Assembly (NCBI GenBank): GCA_040222015.1
Contig: JAVJWO010000049.1
Coordinates: forward strand, 1 to 64,000
Direction of reading: 5' to 3'
DNA: 64,000 nucleotides
Source: Coleofasciculus chthonoplastes F2-STO-03
GTDB lineage: Bacteria; Cyanobacteriota; Cyanobacteriia; Cyanobacteriales; Coleofasciculaceae
Shown here one piece after another: positions 21,562-33,593 of this stretch (position 1 is its first letter; the number at the start of each line of letters is the position of its first letter). Made by a program: the position numbers and the translations under genes. The notes under the pieces were generated by a model. The model was not told the origin of the DNA. It searched no databases and saw only the letters and a list, made by a program, of their open reading frames with translations.

Positions 21562-24500
21562 TTAGACAAAGATACTGGAGAGATTGTTTTGGATGACACT
21601 AGCTTGCGTCCAATTTACCACAGCTAGGCGATCGCTACCGGCAAAAATTTCTGCTCCATTTGTGCTATCAAAGATAGACAGATCATCTGTGGTTAAACCT
21701 GATCCGAGTTGGAAGATGGTTTGATCCAGTTGGAAGTTGTGGATGCTATCGAAGCCATCGCCTAATTCTAGGATAACCGTATCTTGACCGCCACCGAGCC
21801 AAATAGTATTGTTGCCTAGACCACCATAGATGATATTGTCGCCATTACCCACGTAGATGGTATCGTTTCCAGCACCAGCATCGATGAAATTATTACCGTC
21901 ACCCGTGTCAATCCGATCAATTCCAACACCTCCATAGATGGTGTTATCACCCTGATTGGCGTAGATGGTATCATTTCCACCTAAACCATCAATGATATCG
22001 TTGTCAGGAGTACCAAAAAGAATATCCGATTTTTCTGTCCCGACAATTTCGAGAATCTCGTTTCCATCGGTGACACCAATTGTAAATTCCTTCCAGAAAA
22101 TGCCACCATTACCATCAGAGGTTTGGACGCGAATGTTATAGGAATTCTGGGTTTCGTAATCGAAGGAGGCTTTGGTTTTTAGGGTATTGCCGACAATTTC
22201 AAATACGTTATTGTCCGTATCTCCTGTGCCATAAACTAAACTATAGGAATGGGTTTCTCCTAACTCAGAATCTACAGAAGAAAGAGTACCAACGGCTACA
22301 CCAATCGGTAAATTTTCGGCGACTGCAGTATTCGTCAGAGCAATATCAGTAGGATCGGCGCTGAAGACAAGTGCTGTATCAATCTGGTTTTGTAAAGCTG
22401 TACCCGTGTTCTCTTCTATGGCTTGGGTAATGGTTTTATTTCCGTTGAGAACATCTTGGATATCTTGTTTGGTTTCAGCCAATGCTACCTTTTCTACTTT
22501 GGCAAATTGCACTTCCAGAGATTCTATGGGCAACGTATTCGCAAAATCATGAATACTTTGGTTGGCGGCGGCGATGATTTGAGCGAATCCTTGGATAAGG
22601 CTGGTGTTTCCAGATGGAATTCCGGCGCCATTGGTGATAATCGGTTCCAACTGGGTAGGATTCGTTAAATCTAAGGGTATACCACTTTGGATTTTATTGG
22701 CGATCGCCCCTACCAGATTATCCAGGATTTGACTTGGGGAGGCGTTGGCGAAGTGTGAAACAATGGTAGTCGCTTGGCTGATTAAGATGGCGATTTGGCT
22801 ATGGGCGGTATAGGCGGTAACGGCATCAGTTTGATTATTATTGATCGCCTCTACGGGATTGAAGGTATTGATGTCAATGGTATTCGGAATTGAGAAGGCG
22901 TTAGTGAATAAATCATTGGCTTGCTGTTGCGTCAATCCGCGTCGGATTAATTCAGCGATGACAGTAGTTAATGGGGTTACTACAGAGGCATCAGGGCTGG
23001 CGATGAAGGCGGTGTCTTGTGTTAATCCTGTGGCGGTGTTAATTCCACCCAGGGAGACGATTTGACCTTCAGAGATGTCGAGAATTCCGTCACTATTGGT
23101 GTCATAGATAAGTAAGTCATCGGTAAAGGTAAAGGAGCCTTGGGCATCGGTGATAGCGAAGGATTCGTTGTTGTCTAATTCTCCGTTACGATTGGCGTCG
23201 AAGAAGACTGTTGCACCAATAATGTCGTTGTTGGTTACTTTTCCAAGCAGATCAATCGTAAAGTCAAAAGTATCTTGGACATCAAAATCTATACCCGCCG
23301 GATTATTAGTAGTATCTGAGTCAGATACTTCGACACTAACGGTATAGCCTCCGTTGAACAAGAACCCTAAAAATGGTTTAAACTGAAACTCAAGATTAGT
23401 TAAATCTATTGAATCAAAAGGATTGAATAGATTGTTGACTCCTGATGTCGAATCATATACTGTCAATGCTCCTTTGTTCACAATCACATTGTAGGTTAAG
23501 TCACCACTCCCCAGGTAAGGCAAGGCTGTAAACGTTTCACCTGCAGCACCTGTAACACCAGTGTTTTCTGGTAAATTACCTGGCATACCATCTAACAAAT
23601 CTAGAAATGTATGAAATTGTTCTTGAAGATCAGGTTGTGTTTTGACTTGAGCATCATCCGTCAGCGACTGAGAGCCAGGTAAGAATTTAGCACCACCTTC
23701 AGAACTGGAATATTCTTCTAAAATGGCTTTATTGGTAATGATCGTCTCGTCGGCAAGATTATCATCTACTTCTAAGTCGTAAGTTATGACTACAACGTTA
23801 TCGCCACTGGTAGAATTATAAGCGGCGATCGCACCTGTAGCAGAATCATTTAAGCGAATCCCATTACCAAAGAGATCATCAGGAGTACCGCTTATTCCGT
23901 CAGGACCACCGCCTAAAAACTCAATGTCACTGGAATTAATCAAAGCACCATTCCCATAAGCCACTTGAAGATTTAGCCCGCCGATGGGTATCTTTAATCC
24001 TGTGGGCAGATTATCTTTAATCAGTACATCAAATGCACCATTAGGACTTGTGCCAGTGTTTTCCAGAATGATGGCATAGGTGACTAAATCCGCTATTAAA
24101 TTATTATCTCCATTATGAGCTGGATTACTATTCAAAGCATCACTCAAATCAGCCGTTATATCACTATCGAAATAATTAGTGGTGCTAAGAGTCTCGGAGT
24201 CAATTGTTCCAGTGAATCTTACCCCTGGGGTTCCAGGAGCAGTAAATTCAAGGGTGGGAGGATTGGGAGAATTTCCAATAACAGGGAAAAATTCGCTAAA
24301 CACAGCATTAGCTTCGCTGGTTGCGACTACACCCTGAGTAATCTTGAGTTCTGGTTGCGCTAATTCAAGTAAGGCATATTTAGCAAAGGCGCGAGAACCA
24401 CCATTGGTACTACCCTCTTGTTCATAAACCAGATTAGTTAGTAACAGGTTATTTTCGGTTACCTGATCTCCTACTTCTAAGGTATAGAGAAGGTCAATAG

Positions 24501-27500
24501 TTTGGGGTGCAACGGTGCCAGGATCGTCAAAGTTTCCGTAGTTGAACAGCAAAGAATTGTTTTGACGCCCAACAGAAAGATTTGGACCTGTCGAGGGTAT
24601 GATTGGATTGACGCTACCATAAAAGGTATTAAGCGTATCCATCGGACCATAAACGATTTGCTCTAAAACAGGTGGTCCACTGTGTACCGTTGTTATATCT
24701 AATCGACTGAGACTTTCATTGAAAACAGGTAAAGGAAGGAAAGATGTAAATTTTAGCTGTTCTATGTCGGCAAAAGGCAGAGTATATTTGATCCGATAAG
24801 TAACTTCATCCCCAGCTACAACAGTATTACCAGTTTTCAGATTCCCATCACTGTCCTTAATCTGAAAAACGCTTACTTCATAGCCATCATCTTGTCCCGA
24901 ATTGCTATTAAATTTACCACGAGGTAAGTAGAAGTATGTGCTACTAGAATCTGACTCATTGAAAGGTAAATTATTTCCAGTGTCGATATGAGGAGCGAAG
25001 TTTTGACCAGGATTAACATTTAAAACATCCCCTGTAATTGTGGCATTATTCCTGAAAAAGTCACCATTGTCAACCGATGTATCAGGAAAACTTCCCGTAA
25101 AATCTTCCTGTATTACTGTGCGGAATTTTATTTGCCCTGTAGTTGCACCAAAAGTAGCACCATAACCACCTGAGTCAAAAATATTCCCACCTAATAATTT
25201 ATCATTAGGATTAGACTGTGGAGCTAATGACAATAACGCTTGAGAAATATCTAAGTTAACTGTGCCACTACTACCCCCACTTGGATCGACAAAAGTGAAG
25301 TCTCCAGAGTTGGTAAATGAACCGGTAGTAACGACATTATGCTCGTTAATTGTAAAAGTCGGGGTGAAACTGGTATCGAATTTCTGACCATCGGAAAATA
25401 TATCATTGATATTGACATTCCCGAAGGCGAAATAATCAGACACCTGGAAATTCATGGTGTATTCAATCACATCTCCCGGACTTAATCCTAGTGCTTTGGT
25501 ATCACCATTTGGTAATACTCGATTCCAGGTTTTTTGAATAGCGAGTGACCGATCATATAGAGTATGAGTTGCATTGGGTTCAATGAAGGTGATGGCAGTA
25601 TTATCTGGAGGATTGTAGGGTCCGGCGAAAGGTTGACCATCTCGTGGATCTAGCGGATTCCATACAAGACTTGGATCTAATTTAGCGATATCTGTTGAAG
25701 TAACTGCATTCCCAGTTTGAGGGTTGATAACGTCAGTAGTACTGTTGTCTAAGAGTGGGATATAGAAATCAAAATTGAGGCTGGCATTACCTGTTACAGG
25801 ATTAGGAAAGGCAGCAATTAGAGTACCACCTGAACCAGGGGGAGTTTTAGTTATAGTAGGTGTACCGCCACTCGTACTAACAACACTCTTAAACTGGAGA
25901 TTATCGGGCAAAATATCCTGAATTGCCAGGTTATCGATTGTCTGTCCCGGCGCAATACCCACTGAGATATTGTACTGTTTACTGAAGTTTTCTCCAGTGA
26001 CAGTTTCGTTTTCCGGACCTGTGTAGTGTTTCCGAATTCGGTACAGCAGCGGTTTTAAATAATTTTCGGTAACGTCGTCATTTGATTCCATTATTGGATC
26101 AATTGGCTGACTGTTCGATACGGCATTTGCACCCAACCGGAAACCACCGCTAGTAGAGAGCTTGAGCGGCTGATTATAGTCAGCTAAATTACTGATCTGA
26201 ACGTCAATTTCAAGTTTAGCATCGGGTTGATCTGGGGTAAAACTACCTTGAGGTAAGGGTATTACATATAATGTATCTCCTTGATTAAATCCTGATGGAA
26301 CTTCGATTGTGCCAGCATAAGGATGATCTACTACAAGATTTCCAGAGTTATCAAGGTAGATGGTTGCTAATATTGGTTGTATCCCCAAAACACTCAGAGG
26401 AACCGAATGCAACCCATCGCTAATCGTATTACCAGTATCAGGGTCAACAACCGATGAAATATCTTGGTCAAGAATGTATCGTATGCCGTTAGGAATCAGG
26501 GTAAGACCATCATAAGTATCTGTCATTACCCCATTGTCATCAGCCATCCCATCAGTACCAGTGGTATCGAGGTACAAATTGACAAAAGGAGCATAACCGA
26601 CATTTCCGGGAGAAGAGGCGACGTTGTCGAAGCTAACTATAAATGTGCGCCTTTCTCCAATTAAGGGGTAAGCACCTGTGATATCAACAACGGTTGTGTC
26701 TGGAATGGGTTTATCGGTTTCTTGACCAAGGACAACATAAGTAGTACCCACACCACCGTTAGTACCGGGTGCACCAATTAAGAAGTCATCAATTCCATCA
26801 CCATTTACATCTCCGGCATCACTTACTGAAAACCCAGTTAAATCATTAGCTGCAAGACCATCAATTTCAACGAACCAACCCTGATCTGGTGCTAAACTAT
26901 TAAGATCAAGTTTTGGATTTGAGCCAAAGCCTCCTTGACGACCATAAACTACATATACTTGACCAGAATCGTTGAGACTATTGGTATCTGCATAAGGTGC
27001 GGCAATCAGGAAATCATCAATTCCATCACCATTGACATCTCCGGCGGCGCTAATTGCGTAACCTAAGAAGTCATTGTTATTCAGACCATCAATATAAAAG
27101 CCATCTGTACCAGTACCATTAATTATGCTGCTAGTAGTCAGAGTTGATGGGAAGCCTGAGTTGTTGCCATAGACGACATAAGCGCGACCTTGAAGATTGA
27201 GAGCTGGTGAAGGTGCAGTAACAATGACTGGTGAAGGTGCAGTAACAATGAAGTCGTCATTGCTATCTCCGTTAATATCGCCGGCGCTACTGACTTTCCA
27301 GCCTAATATTTCTTGTGAAGCGGCTTGAAATATAAAACCATTGGCACCAGTTAAACTTGTAGTAGACGTAGCTATACTCCCGCGTGTGCCATTGCCAAAG
27401 ACTACATAAGTTTCCCCATTGAAATTATTAGTATCAGGCGCACCGATAATTACATCATCTTTATTGTTTCCATTGATATCTCCACTTCCCACTGATGATC

Positions 27501-28179
27501 CTAAACCTTTTGGGTTAGGATTAGGACTAGGATCGCTAAAGGTCAGAAAATCGGTAGGAGGAGCAGTACTAATATCGAATGTACCTGAGTGACCACCATT
27601 AAGAGTTGTACCGAAGATGACATGAACATTTCCATTATTAGAATCAGCAGCCGGATCTCCAATAATCACATCATCTGTGCCATCACCATCGATATCTCCG
27701 CTACTAACTGACCATCCTAATACGTCTGAAATATTTGCATTACTATCGCTATTAACAATAGTAAAGCCTTGCCCTAGTAAGCTAGTTACATCGGTAGCTA
27801 TAGACCGACTTATATCACCATAAAGGACATAAGTTCGACCTTGATTATTTGTGTTGTTAGCAAAAGGATCACCAATAATGATGTCATCTGTGCCATCACC
27901 ATTAATATTGCCAATACTTACTGATACTAGCGAGGATAATTGGGAATTTAGGGAAATAGTCTGAGTGGAAGAAGTGGTTAAATCATTGCTGCCAAAAACG
28001 ACATGAAGTTCACCCAAACCCGAACCAGCTCCCGGCGCACTAATCAGGAAATCATTAAACCCATCTCCATCAAAGTCACCGTTACCTTTGACTACAGAAC
28101 CGAACCCAAATAGATTGCCGAGAATTTCATCAATGACGAAACCGTTGGGTATAGTGGATGGTGCGATATTGATAGGCAT
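21562..28179 (-). CDS. Giant secreted adhesin-like protein: FG-GAP repeats, Ig/fimbrial-like domains, cadherin, RTX repeats
   Basis: GD(I/V)NGDGxDD repeats, DYETQNSY cadherin motif, GGxGND repeats at the C-terminus. Confidence 0.9.
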   Translation of the reverse strand: MPINIAPSTIPNGFVIDEILGNLFGFGSVVKGNGDFDGDGFNDFLISAPGAGSGLGELHVVFGSNDLTTSSTQTISLNSQLSSLVSVSIGNINGDGTDDIIIGDPFANNTNNQGRTYVLYGDISRSIATDVTSLLGQGFTIVNSDSNANISDVLGWSVSSGDIDGDGTDDVIIGDPAADSNNGNVHVIFGTTLNGGHSGTFDISTAPPTDFLTFSDPSPNPNPKGLGSSVGSGDINGNNKDDVIIGAPDTNNFNGETYVVFGNGTRGSIATSTTSLTGANGFIFQAASQEILGWKVSSAGDINGDSNDDFIVTAPSPVIVTAPSPALNLQGRAYVVYGNNSGFPSTLTTSSIINGTGTDGFYIDGLNNNDFLGYAISAAGDVNGDGIDDFLIAAPYADTNSLNDSGQVYVVYGRQGGFGSNPKLDLNSLAPDQGWFVEIDGLAANDLTGFSVSDAGDVNGDGIDDFLIGAPGTNGGVGTTYVVLGQETDKPIPDTTVVDITGAYPLIGERRTFIVSFDNVASSPGNVGYAPFVNLYLDTTGTDGMADDNGVMTDTYDGLTLIPNGIRYILDQDISSVVDPDTGNTISDGLHSVPLSVLGIQPILATIYLDNSGNLVVDHPYAGTIEVPSGFNQGDTLYVIPLPQGSFTPDQPDAKLEIDVQISNLADYNQPLKLSTSGGFRLGANAVSNSQPIDPIMESNDDVTENYLKPLLYRIRKHYTGPENETVTGENFSKQYNISVGIAPGQTIDNLAIQDILPDNLQFKSVVSTSGGTPTITKTPPGSGGTLIAAFPNPVTGNASLNFDFYIPLLDNSTTDVINPQTGNAVTSTDIAKLDPSLVWNPLDPRDGQPFAGPYNPPDNTAITFIEPNATHTLYDRSLAIQKTWNRVLPNGDTKALGLSPGDVIEYTMNFQVSDYFAFGNVNINDIFSDGQKFDTSFTPTFTINEHNVVTTGSFTNSGDFTFVDPSGGSSGTVNLDISQALLSLAPQSNPNDKLLGGNIFDSGGYGATFGATTGQIKFRTVIQEDFTGSFPDTSVDNGDFFRNNATITGDVLNVNPGQNFAPHIDTGNNLPFNESDSSSTYFYLPRGKFNSNSGQDDGYEVSVFQIKDSDGNLKTGNTVVAGDEVTYRIKYTLPFADIEQLKFTSFLPLPVFNESLSRLDITTVHSGPPVLEQIVYGPMDTLNTFYGSVNPIIPSTGPNLSVGRQNNSLLFNYGNFDDPGTVAPQTIDLLYTLEVGDQVTENNLLLTNLVYEQEGSTNGGSRAFAKYALLELAQPELKITQGVVATSEANAVFSEFFPVIGNSPNPPTLEFTAPGTPGVRFTGTIDSETLSTTNYFDSDITADLSDALNSNPAHNGDNNLIADLVTYAIILENTGTSPNGAFDVLIKDNLPTGLKIPIGGLNLQVAYGNGALINSSDIEFLGGGPDGISGTPDDLFGNGIRLNDSATGAIAAYNSTSGDNVVVITYDLEVDDNLADETIITNKAILEEYSSSEGGAKFLPGSQSLTDDAQVKTQPDLQEQFHTFLDLLDGMPGNLPENTGVTGAAGETFTALPYLGSGDLTYNVIVNKGALTVYDSTSGVNNLFNPFDSIDLTNLEFQFKPFLGFLFNGGYTVSVEVSDSDTTNNPAGIDFDVQDTFDFTIDLLGKVTNNDIIGATVFFDANRNGELDNNESFAITDAQGSFTFTDDLLIYDTNSDGILDISEGQIVSLGGINTATGLTQDTAFIASPDASVVTPLTTVIAELIRRGLTQQQANDLFTNAFSIPNTIDINTFNPVEAINNNQTDAVTAYTAHSQIAILISQATTIVSHFANASPSQILDNLVGAIANKIQSGIPLDLTNPTQLEPIITNGAGIPSGNTSLIQGFAQIIAAANQSIHDFANTLPIESLEVQFAKVEKVALAETKQDIQDVLNGNKTITQAIEENTGTALQNQIDTALVFSADPTDIALTNTAVAENLPIGVAVGTLSSVDSELGETHSYSLVYGTGDTDNNVFEIVGNTLKTKASFDYETQNSYNIRVQTSDGNGGIFWKEFTIGVTDGNEILEIVGTEKSDILFGTPDNDIIDGLGGNDTIYANQGDNTIYGGVGIDRIDTGDGNNFIDAGAGNDTIYVGNGDNIIYGGLGNNTIWLGGGQDTVILELGDGFDSIHNFQLDQTIFQLGSGLTTDDLSIFDSTNGAEIFAGSDRLAVVNWTQASVIQNNLSSIFV

Positions 28180-28350
28180 AGCGTTTATTTATCCAAAATT
28201 TAGATGATTTTGTCTGCCACTATCCCCCTTGGGATTGGGATATCGTCTAAATCTATTATCTGGACTATTCTCAGAAGTTTACGCATTTACTACAAAAGTT
28301 TACAATGCCCTAGTATTTTGACGGGGTTGTGGGTTTTCCCTGATAATTTT

Positions 28351-28923
28351 TTACATCCACAAATTGGCGGGATTATCCTTGTCGTCTTCCCACTTAGCCA
28401 GATTATTGATAATATAGTCTCGAATTCGGTCTAATGATTCATCAGCGCGAATGATGTGGTCATAAAATCGCGGTTGCCAAGCAAAAGATTCGTGACCGTT
28501 TTGCCTACACCAGCGAGTGACAGATGATTTGTAACCGTTTACGATAGACTGCAATGAATTTGGCTTTAGTGGTCCAAATTTGTTGGCAGAATCTTTTGAC
28601 TGGGTTGCGGATTGGTGTAGAGACGTGCCATGGCGCGTCTCTGTATTATGTGGGCGGTCAATTACAATAATTCCATGGATATGATTGGGCATGATCACAT
28701 AGGCATCAATACACACATATTTGAAATGAGTGGGAATTTCTGCCCAGAATTGTTGGGCGATTTGCCCAATCTTGGATAGGCGCATTTCTCTTGATATGAC
28801 ATCACCCAAGAAAAATGTGCGATCGCGGGTACAAATAGTGACGAAATACCAGCCATTTGCGCCATAGTCTCTGTGGGGTAATCGGGTGGATTCAACCCGA
28901 TATTTTCCTTTGTACAAGGTCAT
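28351..28923 (-). CDS. REP-associated tyrosine transposase (RAYT / TnpA-REP)
   Basis: YFVTICT, MPNHIHGI (HUH), WQPRFYDHIIR and RDYIINN motifs; REPs upstream and inside; alternative start at 28998. Confidence 0.92.
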   Translation of the reverse strand: MTLYKGKYRVESTRLPHRDYGANGWYFVTICTRDRTFFLGDVISREMRLSKIGQIAQQFWAEIPTHFKYVCIDAYVIMPNHIHGIIVIDRPHNTETRHGTSLHQSATQSKDSANKFGPLKPNSLQSIVNGYKSSVTRWCRQNGHESFAWQPRFYDHIIRADESLDRIRDYIINNLAKWEDDKDNPANLWM

Positions 28924-29006
28924 GGGTTTGTACAGGGTTATCGGTTTTCCCCGATCATTATGTAGAGACGCGCCATGGCGCGTCTCTACAATCGTCATAT
29001 CACCGA

Positions 29007-32000
29007 CTATTCTATCCCTTCAATCCGATCCTCAACCTCCTGATACAACTCGCGCAACATTTGCAGATTACTCTCACTCGTCTCCCAATACCCGCGTCCA
29101 TTCACTTCCAACAACGTGGACACCACCTTGCGGAAGGAATGAGGGTTCAAATTCATCAACCGCTTCCGCATTTCTTCATCCTGGATAAACGTTTCATTAG
29201 CTTCCTCGTATACCCAGTTATCCACCGCGCCAGCCGTTGCACTCCACCCCATGGTATTGACTAACCGCTTCGAGAGTTCTCGCACGCCTTCATAGCCGTG
29301 ACTCAGCATTCCCTCATACCATTTCGGGTTGAGTAGCTTCGTCCGCGCATCTAAACGCACCGTCTCCGATAACGTCCGCACTTGGGCATTTGCTGTCGTC
29401 GTATCAGCTATATAAGATGCAGGCGTCTTACCATCTTGACGCAGGGTTGATACCACCTTAGTCGGATCAGAATCAAAGTAGTGAGACACATCCGTCAAAC
29501 TAATCTCCGAAGAATCCAGATTCTGGAACGTCGCCTCCGCCGTTTTCAACGACGACTCGAAAATCTGGCGATTCTGTTCCATCGTTCCCGGATTATCTGC
29601 ACTAAAGGCAAAGGATTTCCGGGTTAGGTACATATCCTGTAACTCGGATTCGCTTTCCCAAGTGCTATTCTCCACTGCTAGATTTACATTCGAGGCATAG
29701 GAACCCGATGCATTGGAGAACACCCGCGTCGCCGCTTGGCGCAGATTAATCCCCATATCCGCCGCCTGTTGCATCGCGTGTTTGCGAACAAAATTCATCT
29801 CCTGGGGTTCATCCGCCTCAGCCGCCATTTTCACGGCTTGATCTAACAGATTCATCTGGTTGATAAACAAATCCCGGAATACCCCAGAACAGTTAATCAC
29901 CACATCCACCCGGGGACGCCCTAATTCTTCCAGGGAAATCAGTTCTAACTTATTCACTCGCCCTAACGCATCAGGAACCGGCTTCACCCCAACCATCCAC
30001 ATAATTTGTGCCAGGGATTCCCCATAGGTTTTGATATTATCGGTTCCCCAGAGAACACAGGCAATGGTTTCGGGCCAAATTCCGCCATTTTCCGTCCGAT
30101 GTCGCGCCAATAAGCGGTCTACGACGATTTTTGCTGATTTTACCGCCGCTGTGGTGGGGATGGATTGGGGGTCAAGGGCGTGGATATTTTTCCCCGTGGG
30201 TAATACATCGGGGTTGCGGATGGGATCACCGCCGGGTCCGGGTAGGACATATTCCCCTTCCAAGGCTTTCAGCATCGCCCCAAGTTCGTTATCGGCGACA
30301 ATTTGCTGGAGACAGAATTCCAGATACTCAAATAGGGGTTTAATTGCATCGGAGTCAACTTGACAGTACCCCGCATCAATTAATGCTTCTATCCAAGGGG
30401 TGCGTTTCCGCATATTAAAGAAATTCAGACTCGTCACCTTGGACACCCGCCCCTCGGCATCGGTTTGGGCTTGGACTAACGCCCCTACAGACGCGCGAGT
30501 GGCTTGGGTGATGTCTTGGAGTAACTGTACATCCGCTAAGACACCTCGGTCATTATTTTGATAAATCTCGTCGATATCCCGGTTAAGGCTGTTGGCGATA
30601 ATTCGCAGTAGACTCAGGATTTCTTCCTCTGGACGATCCAGACTGGCAATATTTACTAATGTCGCGATCGCTTCCTCAGCCGTCGGCGGTTTGCCAATTA
30701 CGTGTAATCCACAGGGTAACAGCCGCGATTCAATCTCCATCAGCTTTTTGTAGACTAACCCCACCAGGGTATCCCGTTCTTCTGAGGTCAGTTCACTGGC
30801 GTCTTTTTCGGGTAAGGTGATGTCTTTATCCAGATTCACCAAGCGGCATTTATCCATAATTGTGTTCACAATTGGAATACCGCGTCCGGTGTCTTTTAGG
30901 GTTTGATAAGACCCAATTAATTCATTCAGTTCCTTCAACCCTTTATATAACCCCGCATTCTCCGCCGGAGGAGTCAGATAGGAAATGGTTTCGGCGTAAC
31001 TGCGCCGTTTCGCGATCGTGGCTTCACTGGGATTATTGGCAGCGTAATAGTAGAGATTGGGAATCGAACCAATTAAGTTATCCGGGTAACAATCCCCTGA
31101 CATCCCCATCTGCTTACCGGGCATAAATTCCAATGACCCGTGAGTGCCGAAGTGCAGTACGGCATCGGCTTGCCATAGATGTTCTAAATAGGTGTAGTAG
31201 GCGGCAAACCCGTGATGGGGGCTGGCGGAACGGGAGAACAAAAGCCGCATCGGATCACCTTCATACCCGAAGGTGGGCTGCACGCCAATAAACACGTTGC
31301 CGAATTGCTTACCATAAATGAGTAGGTTTTGTCCATCACTATTTAAATGTCCCGGCGGTGGACCCCAGTTTTCTTCTAAACGGGTGGAGTAGGGGGTAAA
31401 CCGTTCATACTCCATCACCGACATGCGGTAGGCAATATTTAATTCAGGGGTTGCATACTGGGCTTGGGCGTCGTGGATGACTTGTTGCATCAAGGCTTCG
31501 GCGGATTCGGGTAAGTCTTCCACGTCGTAGCCGTTATGCTTCAGGGCTTCCATGACTTTATAAATTGACCCGAAGACATCTAGATAAGCAGCTGTGCCGA
31601 CATTCCCCTTATCCGGCGGGAAACTAAATACGGTAATCGCCACCTTCTTATCCAGTTTCGGCTTACGGCGCAGGCTTGCCCATTTCAGCGCCCGATTTGC
31701 CACGGCTTCAATTCGATCCTGAAGTGCGATCGCTTTCCCGGTGGTGCCATCTCGTCCGGATAATATAATCGGTTCGATCGCGCCATCGAGTTCTGGGATG
31801 GCAATTTGCAGTGCCACCTGAATCGGGTGCAATCCCAAATCACTCCCTTCCCACTCTTCTGTGGTTTGGAAGACTAAGGGCAATGCCACCATATAGGGAC
31901 GGTTGAGGCGTTTTAAGGAGTCGATCGCTTTGGGATGATCTTGTCGCGCTGGACCCCCGACTAAGGCAAATCCCGTCAGAGACACCACCGCATCCACCAG

Positions 32001-32990
32001 AGTTACATTGGCTTGTCCCTTACTCGTGGGTGTGTCATAGAAAAAGGCATCCACGGGTTTGGAGAAATCTAGTCCCCCGGCAAATACGGGCAGAACTCGT
32101 GCGCCCATGGCTTCCAGTTCCTGTACCATTGCCACATAATGGGCATCATCCCCGGTTACCAGGTGGGTGCGTTGCAGGACTAAACCGACACAGGGGGCAA
32201 AGGGATCTTTTAAATCCTCGGAGATATCGTCGCGATTGTTATACCAGGTGAAATACTCTTTGACATCCTCAAACATCTTTGTAGACAGGGGATGCCATAT
32301 ACCCATGTCTGGGTAAACTACTGGGTCTTTAAATTCTAGGGTTCTGCCCTTAAGCACATATTTATCTGCCAGCATTAACAGGAAGTTTTCCAGGTTCTGG
32401 GAGGAACCCCCTAGCCAATACTGGAACGAAAGCATAAAGTTTCGGGCGTCCTGTGCCTTGTCAATTGGCATATATTTCAGGACTTTGGGCAGCGTCTGCA
32501 ATAGCTTCAGCATCCCATCTTGGAAGGATGAGCCTGACTTTTCTTTACGCTTCTTCATGAACTGAGCAATCGCACTCTTGGATTGACCCAGTTGTGCCAT
32601 GGAGAAGCTGCCTAATTTGTTTAGGCGCATTACCTGTGGCATAGAGGGGAATACCACCGCTGCATCTAAGCGATCGCGATGGGGTTGTACGGCGGCGACT
32701 ACCTTATCCGCTAAGTCTTCGATAAAGATTAGCGAGGCGATAAAGATATTCGCTTGGGCAATATCTTGCTCAAATGCCTGATAATTTTGCGGATCACGGA
32801 GTTCTTCGATTAAGTAGCCACTGATTTCAATGGCGATATCCGGCTGATTTTGATTAATTGAACGGACAGCCGCTGATAAGGCACTTTGGTACTGTGGCTC
32901 TAGCACGACATAGACCACCTTCAGTACATGACGATTCTTGGGGTCATCGGGGGTGATGTGACGAATGGTGGACTTGACGTGAGTGAACAT
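29007..32990 (-). CDS. chlH: Magnesium chelatase subunit H
   Basis: MFTHVK start, [24 protein letters not shown]; 1327 aa. Confidence 0.98.
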   Translation of the reverse strand: MFTHVKSTIRHITPDDPKNRHVLKVVYVVLEPQYQSALSAAVRSINQNQPDIAIEISGYLIEELRDPQNYQAFEQDIAQANIFIASLIFIEDLADKVVAAVQPHRDRLDAAVVFPSMPQVMRLNKLGSFSMAQLGQSKSAIAQFMKKRKEKSGSSFQDGMLKLLQTLPKVLKYMPIDKAQDARNFMLSFQYWLGGSSQNLENFLLMLADKYVLKGRTLEFKDPVVYPDMGIWHPLSTKMFEDVKEYFTWYNNRDDISEDLKDPFAPCVGLVLQRTHLVTGDDAHYVAMVQELEAMGARVLPVFAGGLDFSKPVDAFFYDTPTSKGQANVTLVDAVVSLTGFALVGGPARQDHPKAIDSLKRLNRPYMVALPLVFQTTEEWEGSDLGLHPIQVALQIAIPELDGAIEPIILSGRDGTTGKAIALQDRIEAVANRALKWASLRRKPKLDKKVAITVFSFPPDKGNVGTAAYLDVFGSIYKVMEALKHNGYDVEDLPESAEALMQQVIHDAQAQYATPELNIAYRMSVMEYERFTPYSTRLEENWGPPPGHLNSDGQNLLIYGKQFGNVFIGVQPTFGYEGDPMRLLFSRSASPHHGFAAYYTYLEHLWQADAVLHFGTHGSLEFMPGKQMGMSGDCYPDNLIGSIPNLYYYAANNPSEATIAKRRSYAETISYLTPPAENAGLYKGLKELNELIGSYQTLKDTGRGIPIVNTIMDKCRLVNLDKDITLPEKDASELTSEERDTLVGLVYKKLMEIESRLLPCGLHVIGKPPTAEEAIATLVNIASLDRPEEEILSLLRIIANSLNRDIDEIYQNNDRGVLADVQLLQDITQATRASVGALVQAQTDAEGRVSKVTSLNFFNMRKRTPWIEALIDAGYCQVDSDAIKPLFEYLEFCLQQIVADNELGAMLKALEGEYVLPGPGGDPIRNPDVLPTGKNIHALDPQSIPTTAAVKSAKIVVDRLLARHRTENGGIWPETIACVLWGTDNIKTYGESLAQIMWMVGVKPVPDALGRVNKLELISLEELGRPRVDVVINCSGVFRDLFINQMNLLDQAVKMAAEADEPQEMNFVRKHAMQQAADMGINLRQAATRVFSNASGSYASNVNLAVENSTWESESELQDMYLTRKSFAFSADNPGTMEQNRQIFESSLKTAEATFQNLDSSEISLTDVSHYFDSDPTKVVSTLRQDGKTPASYIADTTTANAQVRTLSETVRLDARTKLLNPKWYEGMLSHGYEGVRELSKRLVNTMGWSATAGAVDNWVYEEANETFIQDEEMRKRLMNLNPHSFRKVVSTLLEVNGRGYWETSESNLQMLRELYQEVEDRIEGIE

Positions 32991-33593
32991 ACTGTTCTAG
33001 CTCCTTTTGATGCGTGTTCTCTTCTCATTGATAGGGTTCCAGGGAAGGTTGGCTTGGCTTCCCTTGGAATCGGCTTGGCGTTACAGTTAGGGCAACTTTA
33101 GTGGTTTTACCAGAAAATGCTGACCGATGCAGCGTTTTCGCCCTGGTTTGACACAATTCGATAGGAAGTTACTCCTATTACTTTACATTTATTTACATTT
33201 ACTAAAGTATTCGCTCTAAATATTATTCACAAAAATTTACACTTAAATCAAGCTGGGCAAAATTATAGTCATAGCTTTAGACATAATAGGGTTTATGTAG
33301 ACACATGACATTAGAATATATGGTAGACAGGGATAAAAGGACACAGACTCCCCAGCGAGGTTCGTGGGTGCGCTGTCTTGGCTAGATGCGATCGCATCTC
33401 CACAAAGAGGTACTGGTGCATACAAACTGGGCTTCCTTATCCCTTGCAGCGTTGGATTGTCTCCTGTGTTAGGATATCGCCAGTATTTGTGGAATCTTGT
33501 TGTAAGTCCCCTTTTCTTTAATGTGAAGGTAAAACAGATTTATTAAATAGACTGATAGATAAAAAAATAGTCTGTTTTTTAATAGATAATCCT

